NCBI GenBank assembly: GCA_040954595.2
Contig: CM082581.2
Location: 8,727,413 to 8,791,412, forward strand
Origin: Balanoglossus misakiensis
Lineage: Eukaryota > Animalia > Hemichordata
Reading direction: 5' to 3'
DNA: 64,000 nt
Shown here: positions 43,101 to 53,041 of the stretch, piece by piece
Position numbering within the stretch: position 1 is the stretch's first letter
How the letters are laid out: each line of letters begins with the position of its first letter
Notes under the pieces: generated by a model
Seen by the model: the letters and a program-made list of their open reading frames with translations, nothing else
Database searches by the model: none
What the model was told of the DNA's origin: nothing
Program-made: the position numbers and the translations under genes

Positions 43101-46100
43101 TTCGGTAAGTTATAGCCTGTGCTACATGTAAATTAGCTGAAATGGTCTCGCGCCGCTGACGATCATATTAACGCGTGCATTAACACCCTGCCGCGACATC
43201 ATTTCTTTATTATCGACCATGTTTCTATATTAAACCCAGGGAGGACTTTTCTCCTCCGATCACTGTGATACTGATAAGGCGAATTCTCAGCGAAGCCATC
43301 AAACCCTGACGGCTCGTGCACGGCGAAGGCTTAAAAACTACAACTAATGTCTAATCTCCCTGATCTCGCCTGAACCCCACCTGGACGGCTGAGCGGTTCC
43401 TTAATCGTCGTAGTATTTTATCCACCGAAGTGTTGAGAATTTCAATCCTAAAGGGGGGGGGATGTCAAAGTTGACGAAATGACATATTGCGGAGAATCAA
43501 TTTGAAACGTTCAAGTTCAGTGGCTCTTGCCAAATATAAACCAATCACAATCAACTTAGGATTTGTACATTATTTATAAGAGGAACCTTAATTCTGTTCA
43601 GATACACTTTGCGGGATTGTTCTGAGACAGAAAATAACTTCTGGGTAATATCCAAAGGTCACCACCATCACTTGTAATACATAAGGTCATATGAAAAGCA
43701 TGTCAACTGAAGACTCTTGCTTTTTATATTCCATACCATTAATAGCAAACGAAGACGTGATTCTGATTAATGTTAAGGTATCACTGCTTACACCGTGGCC
43801 TGGTTCGTGTGTCACTGAAAATATATTAGGGGTCGGTCGATGGCACACATTGCACAGAAAAAAATTTCTGATAAACGTGTCTTCAAATATTAAATAAAAA
43901 TAACCACATTATTACAAGCCAAACAGACATTCTTGACATATCGGCATTTTTCTTCTGGCAAAAAATGCACGTTATAGAAACATCGCATTTCTATGCAGCT
44001 GCTCGAATTTAGGATTTTCTATTATTGACGAGCATCGTCTGCTTCGAAACTAAGGCTGGGTTTGATTTGTTGATAAAAAATGGAATATTCCTGCGATTGC
44101 CCAAGAGGATCTATATACTCTAAAGTAATCAATGTCCACTGAAATCCAGAAAGATGATTCTTATCTTGTCAATTTGATGAATTACAGAAATAAGGAACAC
44201 AAGAAGCACATAAATCAGCGCATGTTAAGTGCTCCCTTTCAGTTATCGGAAGATCAAGGATGATAATTACGCAGATATGGGCACTGGCGCATGCGTGTCT
44301 GAATATCCAGAGTATTTGAGCACTGACAATATGAGCCGATTTCACGTTAACAATCGTCCAAATGGGAAGGTCAATGTTCTGGCGTACCCCGGCGATGACC
44401 GCGTGCAATTAGACTCCGGGAATCATATTGCCTGTATCATGACAGCTGATACCGTAGAGGTAGCCTCCGTGCCGCGTATACAATTTGTACCAGGGGTCAA
44501 CCAACTAAAACATACGCGTTCATACTGATGAATACACCTTGACTAGTTGCAGGTGTCTATGCCTACATGCATATTTCTAGGGCAATCTATGATTCTGAAT
44601 ATCTTAACAGGCCAACACTTATTTGTAGGCCTATATACGATTACGTATACCTTTGTATTGTGAAATGCGTGTTTATTCATATTGCTCTGGACTAGGTAAA
44701 TGTCGAAAAATATGAACTGTTAAGTATACTCTCAGTCTTCGAACTCAAATAAAAAAAAACACGAACCGCTGATTTCTGATGGTGAATCTACTACCTCCTG
44801 AAAGCAAATCATAAACGCTAAATAGTAAGTACTCCCGTCAGAGAAGACACGCGACTGAAAGGCAGGCAGCTGTGCGTTTAGTCATAAAATTGCCGGGAAA
44901 TTCCCATGGCAGTCGCAAACATCTCGCCTGGGGGTTGCACTGTCCTAACCCCGTGAAATCCGTGGCAACGATCTTTCTATTCGCAGCACAGGTGCACTTC
45001 GAATGTCACGCCGATTCTCCCGTTCACCGTGAATGGCCGACAGTTCCGCCCGACATAATCCCCGTCAGGCGCTGGGTTTTCTCGACTTTTAAGAAGTAGA
45101 AGTACGCAGTTCCGTCAATCAAATCAAATGGACGTTGTCTCTGACGGGGAAATCCGAGCTCGAAAGCACTGTTCCAGCAAACACAGTCACATGTCCGTGC
45201 TAACGACCCAAGACGGCGGCGTTCTCCCGGGACCCTCCCGATTCACATCCGCTTAACACAATCCACACGTGCTCTCAGGAGATGAAGATGTCGCGGAGGC
45301 GTGTACGTCACTGTCACTCGTCCTGCTGTCTGTAGCAGGAAACGGCCTTGTTTTTTCTGCATTGCATCAGGAGAGGAAAAACGTAAAAACAGTCACCGCG
45401 CGCGCCAGATCGATAGGAAACCATTAAAACACGCCCTGGATGCAACGGATAAAAAAGTAATCACACGTGCCAGAATTGAATGGGTTCGGTCCGACTGAGT
45501 TTTTAATCCGCGGCATAAAAGTGGCTCGAAATGCTATACGCCGACAAGATTTAATATTTGATATTCATCGCCAGACTCGCAAGGGCCGCCGGTGACAAAG
45601 AAACAATGCACACTGTCACCTCTTTCCATTGAATTGCTGCATTAGCGATTAACAGGTGCATTTGTGTGTTGTTTTTTTCAGAGTCGACATCGACATTTGC
45701 CCGATGTTTTGATGCATGATGATGGCACGTCAGTGAAATTTATTAAGAATGGAAAGAAAATTCTACAACTTTGCATCGTGATTAAGATAATATAAGAAAC
45801 TGCAGCAGTTTAGGTATAGCAAAATGTAGAATTATAACCAAAAGGTACAGCTAACAACGATTTCATTTACATAACATCGCAACCATATCTAATACATATC
45901 TGGCACCACCTTCCCGTATGCCTTCGTGACGAAACATGCTATCAATCTACTTCGAAGTTTCCCGTCTGAAGCAAAACCGGTGTTCAATGCGCAATAATTA
46001 CAAATTCAGCCGGAGTGTATAGACTTCACATGCGGATTTGTATCTGTTCCGCCACACAGCAGTGCTCTCAATCTAAACCTCGCCGCTGTCAGCTCGGCTA

Positions 46101-48948
46101 ACCCGAACGCTCCATTTGACATTAACGTTCTAGCGTTTATACACTCCTGTTTCCTGGATCGTATGATTAGATAAGTCGCCCTGTCGTGTCGCTTTAAAGG
46201 CACTCTCTGCACTTTTTCCTTTTTCAATCAACTGGTTACGCGAGATTCCCTCTCGCCTTAATTGATTCGGACGGCGCGTCTGCCGCTGCTTTCTGGCATT
46301 TCGGAGTTTGGGTTGTACGAAATTGAGAGGAACTACCCGATCTCGTTGACCTCCCGTGGCCCTAAATGCGCCTCCCGAGAGACAACGAGAACGCATTTAT
46401 CAAGTGTTACTTCGATCTGTGGGCGAGGTTAATGCTCGTCCGCTATATTATTATTGCAAGAGTCGCGCGCGAAAACGTTCACCGAATGCATATTCCTCGA
46501 GCGTGTTTTGGCTGTTCACTCACCAGTTACGTGATGTCCGCATGCATCATAAAGTCCTTCGCTAATCGCTGATTTTGGATGATCCCTTGTTTCCAAATGT
46601 CACGAAATTAAATGTCACCTGCTAACGGCAGAAAAACAACAGCACTAATGACCGTTACCTCGAAATATTAAGCTTAAGGAAGTATGACCGATAAAATTAA
46701 TAGTATTGTCATTTCTTTTCATTGCGGATTTTGTTTTTCTTCTTTGAAAGTATGATAAAAATCCGTAATAAAATGTAGAGGTTACCTTGCTTGTTTTTGA
46801 AATACAAGGCCGTGAATTCAGTCAATATTGAAAAAAGGCATTTTGCCAAAGATTTTTCTATGGGTGAACACATTCTACGACGTTTATATCAACGGTCCTT
46901 CATGCGTTATTCATGCCTCCAGGTGACATAGTTTTTGTGACACATTTCCTTTAATAGTGCTTATTGCTTCAGATTGTATGCCAGATATTAGAGTCAGTGG
47001 AACCACGCGCGGCCGAAACTGTTTCCCCTGTATGTAAGATCAAGCACTGTTGTTGCCAATTATCACGGCACGATGTCACGAATCACAATTCTTCAGAGTG
47101 GTACATCATTACACGCACCGACCGAACCTTCACGCTTCGCAATCCAATAGCCGTCAGTTATTTCATCAGTCGTGGCGTTAGGTGAATAAATTGAATAGTC
47201 AATTTTGCCAAGAAACGGAGTGCTGTAAAAAACGGCAACGGGGGCTTTGACAGCTATACGCTGAATGAATGGTAAATGAAAGAGAGACGTTTCGAAGATA
47301 GACCCCCGTAGCCTGGAAGGCGTTAGGAAGTTTTGGAGCCTACTGTATGTTGCTTGGCTTCGTCAAAGGAATCTTGGTTTGAAAATTACATAATCAAATT
47401 TAACAGAGTAGATTGCGACGGAAATCGGAGAGAATCAGCGACTTTTTATTAAATAATGTTGCGCAATTCAAAACGAGTTTCATGTTTGTGTACTAATGTA
47501 ATTTTTGCGTGTTGCGTACAGGACACTTTGACCATAAATTCCTGCTCATGACCCTGATGTAAGGTATCGTGAGGAAAGTTCGTGGAACTGTAAGCTTATA
47601 GTCATGGCGCCTTGTCACGCTGCTAACGGACTCTGATGACATATTAAGCATCCAAGCATGTAAATACTGCAACATGCTTTTGAGTCACTCGGTTTATTGG
47701 GAAATATATACAAAAACAACACGCGTAGCAAGTAGACAATGTCCTTTCTTCCACCGATATTGCCTATTGTGAATGGTGCCCCGTAGGACGCCATTGTCAC
47801 CAAAATGCGTTGAAATAATTTTTTTTACAAACCTTCTGCGTCGGCGATGGCTGAGATAATACATTTCGCTTTTTTGCCTCCGGGGCAATGAAGTGTTTAC
47901 TCCGTAAACGTTACACCGTTATGATCGGAGAAATATGTTCTCAATAGAAAATAATGATGCCAGCAATTCCGTGCGCAGCTTAACGACTTGTAGCAAATTT
48001 ATAGGTCTCCAACATGTTGATTTCTTTAAAGCTGGCTTCCTGGCACAGACGTCAAGCATCATAATCGACAGCGTATAGCGGTAATCGTGCGCCCTTCCAA
48101 GATTGACAATAAACACCAGCGGCTCGTATTAAAATCCTATTCTAGGCTTTCGTTTCAATGTTTTCGTCATGATAGCAAACTATTAATACTTAAAGAAGGC
48201 AGAGAGATTAAATCCAGAGGAATGGTCGCCAGATCATGTACCGCGCGTCTGTCTACCGACATGCATTATTTAAGTGCGAACACTAACTCCGTTAAAATAT
48301 GATATTGTGATGACTCCATAATTCTACCTTCTGATATTTCGCATGAACTTAGTAGTATATTTGCTTTACAACAGTTTGACTAAAGAAAATAAGTTCAAGC
48401 CAGAACTGTCCCCATCAATATTTTATTTCAAGAAGAAAATATAATAATGTAATCCGTGAATATGAGATAATCTTATGTGATTTTCTATCTATACTTCGGG
48501 GTGTTTATCGTCATGTGAATGCATTTCAGTAACATATCTTGTTGTTCGCAGATTTAAGCTGACTCCCAAAACAGAATACAAAGCTGTATTTGATCGGTTC
48601 GAACGCAGAACACAACAGAAGTCAACACACATAACTAATGAGCCAAATCCCCACCTCCAGAAAACAGTCCAATAAGTTGTTACAGCTTTTAACGCGCCCT
48701 GATCACAAAATAGTCCATTTTCCGAACTCCACTAGACGCTGCGAGATCTCGCGTGGCTATAGGCAGTGTATACATGTATGGGAGGGTATTCTCGTGTGAT
48801 ACAGTACAAACAACACATGACCCATCGTGTTTAGGCTTGTATAACTTGGCTAGCAATATTGAGAGGTGGTGATACTCTTCTTCGATTCCAACACTGATGA
48901 ACTGAACTGTGTCGAACCGGACATCTCAAGTTCGTCACCTACGCTGGT

Positions 48949-48962
48949 GTTTCCATGGCAAC
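48949..48962. promoter_or_regulatory. Canonical RFX X-box about 2.2 kb upstream of the GPCR start codon
   Basis: GTTTCCATGGCAAC is a textbook 14-bp X-box. Confidence 0.5.
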
Positions 48963-51094
48963 AAGAAATTGTCTTGATTTGCCGCAACAGCGCCTCTAAT
49001 TTGACACAGATTTCAATCCAAGTAAGGTAACCCTTTTAACACCGCGAAACACACTTGTGACACTTCACGAATCCCAACTGTCTTTTTCGTTCTCTCCGCG
49101 TACTTGTTCAATTTAATCATTCTATTACGCGAGTCTGATAGAGTTAATGTTCACATTTAAGCAACTGGATTTGGTCCAATTTGAAGTCCACTGTAAAACG
49201 GCTTAACACATAAACATCAGGCGCAGTTTGCACCTATACTGGGCAACGCCGTGGCTTTGCGCCGCTGAGTCTTGGTAATTCGTTTCACTTCCAGAGATAC
49301 ACAAGTCTCCGGAATGGTGTCGGATCCCATGATTTGCTAGGTGTTGGCAAACTATTGGTTGTAACGAGATATCGTTGACGAAAGCGTCCAATTGACCAGA
49401 GAAGAGATGAATTCCAAATTATCGGCCCGATAATTACAGCCGTTATAATCCCTGTGGCTCAATCAACACTTTCCCACTTGTCAACATGTTACTGGCAACA
49501 TCGGTTCAAGTACACAGAGAGTCCCTTCTACCTGATTCTAGCATACGAGGCAGTCTATACTTTTGTTTGTACGGCTGGTCGAGTTTGCTGCGATCAATTT
49601 TCGGCATTTTTTTATGACATAAGGATAACTATTCAACATAAAAGTTAAGGCGATAGTTCTAAATTATACCAATACTAAGAAATCAAAGCCTAGACTAAGG
49701 TAACACTTTTATTATGTTCGTCACTACCAACGCCCGTGTTTGTTATCGGCTATTGTCCACCACAAGTGTCACTGTGCACGTTTGACGGTGACAATATGGT
49801 TTTGGTCGACCCTTTCAGTCAGAACTTCTGACACTATTAATGTATACGGACTTGTTTTCGGTGAAGATTCCGACGTGGGCGCGATGCGATCGCATGTTGA
49901 CAGAATAATCGTTTTCAAGGCCAACTGATGTCGTGAAACACTCACTGTTAAATTAACGTTCTTTAAACGAAAACCGTTGCCTGTACTTTCCAAAGATCTT
50001 CCAACATTAAACATCGATCGTGAAGGTGTGCCGTTCATATGTTCATGTAACATTTACATTTCATCGGAGTGTCAGTGCCACAGACACACTACAGCTCCAC
50101 AAACCGATGAGGGCGCCCAGCAATAGATGAGAGAGGAATGATACATGTATGTAGGCAACATCAACCCGCAGATTTATCATATATGTCACCCCGTCACAGT
50201 GCCATCCTTACTTTGATGCGTTGAGGGGTATTTATCCATCTCGCGTCGCATTTTTGTTGGTTACGTGATTCGGTGATGTGTTTTTTTTCTTTGGGAAACA
50301 ATGGGAAACCGGATAACCAAAGTCTATGTGTTTCCCGGGTTATCGTTTTCCATCACTTTAATAAATCCCCGATTATCAAATTGCAATCAAAATGTAATTT
50401 GTATTTTGACATGAGCTCCTGATGGCGTGAAAATATTCCTTTCTCACTATCTGTGAACTACACGTACGTGGGAAGTTGGCCGATAACGTTATAACGGCGA
50501 TTGTCGTTAGCATCGGCTTGGAGTGCGTGTTGTTTCTGGGTGCCACGGTGATGGTTAGCAGGGACGGAGAAACGCACGCAAAACGCTCAGGTCAAATTAT
50601 CCAAGCCAGTCTCGCTGTCTTGTTTTAATGTCGGAAGTCTGGCTGATTAGGGATGCATCATAATCGAGGGGGATAAGTACCTCCCCGAGGTACGATAATC
50701 CTCTATCGCATTCCCGCTATCTCCAGCGCATGCACCACGCACGCGGCTTAGCTGGTTTGGCGAATTCGTTCAAAAAGGTCCCATCCACCCCCGCGATGTA
50801 GTGGAGACTCCCAAACACACACGCCATACACGCACTAAAACACATTGGACAGTGGGGCAGCGGTTTATATAGAGCGTACGTCAGTCTACATGGGAACACG
50901 TTCGACATCAGCGCTGAACGCCTCATCTCCGGGAGTAAACTCCGACAGTGTTATTTTTCGATGAAATTTAATTCGCAGGACAGTCGACGGGTGTAATTGG
51001 CGACATCTTTGCAAATTCACGGCGCGTTTTTGTATTCCTGGCGCATGTGACGGCTCTATTTAAAAGCGAAAGGCAACCGACTACCGCCGTGGAA

Positions 51095-51124
51095 ATGATG
51101 CGGGCTTCCCGAGACAAACTCTAA
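51095..51124 (+). promoter_or_regulatory. Upstream ORF (MMRASRDKL-stop) in the same frame as the GPCR
   Basis: ATG ATG CGG GCT TCC CGA GAC AAA CTC TAA begins 57 nt before ATG 51152. There is also an ATG-TGA start-stop at 51045-51050. Relevant only if these lie in the mature 5' leader. Confidence 0.45.
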
Positions 51125-51151
51125 CTCTGTGTGCACGGACTGCCTATACCA

Positions 51152-52216
51152 ATGAACTTCATAGCAGAGATGGAGTCGGTAGGTGGGAATCTTACCTTCG
51201 GATTCAACGAGTCGCACATGTTTGCCGATATGTTGTACTACGACATGAAGGCGCACCCCGCTTTCAAAGGGGTCTTCATTCTCGTCTACAGCGTGATCAT
51301 TGCACTGGGTATCACCGGCAACACGATGGTATGTATGGCTATTGTGCGAAACAAGAAGCTGCACAATTCCACCTACATTTTCATCGGCAATCTCTCCGTG
51401 AGCGACGCCACCGTATGCCTGGTGTGCCTGCCGTTCACCCTGGCCAGCTCGCTGAGCGACAGCGGCAACTGGAGCTTTGGTAAGGTGCTCTGCTACGTTA
51501 TCCGCCCGCTGCAGCCGATCGCCGTGTTTGTGTCTATACTTACGATGACCGCCATCTCCATCGACAGATACATCATAGTACTCTACCCGTTCAAGAAGCG
51601 CCTGTCGCTGAGGCTGGTCGGCTGCACGGTGCTCGCGATCTACGTCCTCTCCATCAGCCTGGCCACGCCGCTGATCATCAACATCAACTACCACGAGTTC
51701 ACCTTCGTGGAAGTCAATTACAAAGCCGGTCTGTGCACCGAACGCTGGAGCGACAACGACCAGCGGAAGATTTACAGCACCTTTGTGTTCATACTGCAGT
51801 ACGCGCTGCCGCTGTTCGTCGTGTCGACGGCGTACTACCGCGTGTGGGCCGAGCTGCAGCGGCAGGTGCGCCCGGGAGCCGTCAGCCTCCACAAGAAGAA
51901 GCAGGAGATCATGCGCAAGAAGAAGACCAACAAGATGCTGATCACCGTGGTGGTGTGCTTCATCGCCTGTTGGCTGCCCTTCAACATGTTGATCATCACG
52001 GGCGACTACCACCAGGAGCTGACGGACTTCTACTGGTACGACCTGATCTACCACGTGTGCCACGTTGTGGCCATGTCGTCCACGTGCATAAATCCGTTCA
52101 TTTACGGGGGTCTGGACGAGATCTTCCACAAGGAGTTTCTCAAAATCATCCGCTGCGTGATAAGCACTTCTCGACATTCCACCACGGGCCACGGAGATAT
52201 CACTCTAGCCGCATGA
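51152..52216 (+). CDS. Rhodopsin-family neuropeptide GPCR, prolactin-releasing peptide / short neuropeptide F / NPY receptor-like (354 aa, single coding exon)
   Basis: Seven hydrophobic segments with GN in TM1, NLSVSD in TM2, WSFG..LC in ECL1, LQP and DRY in TM3, CTERW in ECL2, QYALP in TM5, basic ICL3 (VRPG...RKKKTNKML), CWLPFN in TM6, and CHVVAMSSTCINPFIY in TM7. N-glycosylation sequons NLT and NES in the N-terminus. Strong C/G third-position bias. First in-frame ATG is 51152 (ATG 51170 has better Kozak context); in-frame TAA at 51122 upstream. Confidence 0.96.
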   Translation: MNFIAEMESVGGNLTFGFNESHMFADMLYYDMKAHPAFKGVFILVYSVIIALGITGNTMVCMAIVRNKKLHNSTYIFIGNLSVSDATVCLVCLPFTLASSLSDSGNWSFGKVLCYVIRPLQPIAVFVSILTMTAISIDRYIIVLYPFKKRLSLRLVGCTVLAIYVLSISLATPLIININYHEFTFVEVNYKAGLCTERWSDNDQRKIYSTFVFILQYALPLFVVSTAYYRVWAELQRQVRPGAVSLHKKKQEIMRKKKTNKMLITVVVCFIACWLPFNMLIITGDYHQELTDFYWYDLIYHVCHVVAMSSTCINPFIYGGLDEIFHKEFLKIIRCVISTSRHSTTGHGDITLAA

Positions 52217-52477
52217 CACGCACAGAGGGGAGCGAAAAGGGCCAGCGGAATATCAGAAAAACACTGCGTTCTCGTTTCGCTGTAATCTCGTATAGCTTTT
52301 AACGAAATTGGCAAACAACCGCGATATGTCACAAAACGAAGACCGCACTAAACGTGGTTTGCACCGAATTTCCGGCGTGCTGTCAAATGCTATCACTGAC
52401 TTATATTCAGACACTGTAGTCCACATAACAAAAAAATCAATCAATATTTATTTTTGTGGGGATAAAATCTCCGATTC

Positions 52478-52802
52478 TTAAAGGAGAAAAGTCGCTGTCC
52501 GTTGACATTTTTTTGACTTCTCGAGTTTCTTTTGACAGATTATTTGTGCTATTTTGCTTTTCTCAAACATAGTCAACCATGAATTTTTTACAGCTCTACT
52601 CATCTGTATATTTGCATAACGCGTGACTTCTACTACTTACTAAGGCACAAATTATGACAAAGGCCAAAAAAGAAACGATTGAAATATCCCTGTGCTATGT
52701 ACAGGGCGAGAGTATGATTCATTTAGCAGAACTACACAAAAATAATATATCAAACCTGAACGTGCATACCAATGCCAAAAGTGAGCGACTTTCCTTCTTT
52801 AA
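52478..52802. mobile_element. MITE of about 320 bp with TTAA TSD and short TIRs (Kolobok/T2-like), just downstream of the GPCR stop
   Basis: TTAA (52478-52481) + AGGAGAAAAGTCGCT ... AGCGACTTTCCTTCT + TTAA (52799-52802). The 15-bp TIR has 2 mismatches. A related fragment lies at 5046. Confidence 0.75.
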
Positions 52803-53035
52803 AAATTATAACACGCCGGGGATAGAGGATATTGATGATGCGCATTTGTATCCGTGCGTGACGAATGCGTTCGTTATTAGAGAGGAACGCCATTAGTCAC
52901 CATGTTCTTACTATTCGGAGTGGTAAATGGTGTAATTACCTAATTGCTGCAATCTTAGATAATACCAGTAGACATCTATCAGAATGATTGATTGATTGAT
53001 CATCGATCTATCGTCACTGTATAGCTAAATGACAA

Positions 53036-53041
53036 AATAAA
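53036..53041 (+). terminator. Candidate polyadenylation signal of the GPCR gene
   Basis: First AATAAA I see downstream of the stop codon, about 820 nt after it. Confidence 0.35.

Noticed and set aside
44834-45148. 11-bp inverted repeat CCCGTCAGAGA / TCTCTGACGGG about 315 bp apart
   Set aside because: No target-site duplication and no second copy seen. Insufficient for a MITE call.
51056-52192. 378-aa antisense ORF overlapping the GPCR
   Set aside because: This is a shadow ORF. The strong C/G third-position bias of the sense gene suppresses stops on the opposite strand. The product is H/V/D/G-rich with no recognisable domain.
52214-52216. TGA read as selenocysteine
   Set aside because: I could not identify a SECIS element, and the position in a GPCR tail has no redox-motif context.
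51733-52302. 189-aa alternative-frame ORF inside the GPCR
   Set aside because: Non-ATG start and R/A/P-rich composition, as expected for an off-frame read of GC-rich coding DNA.
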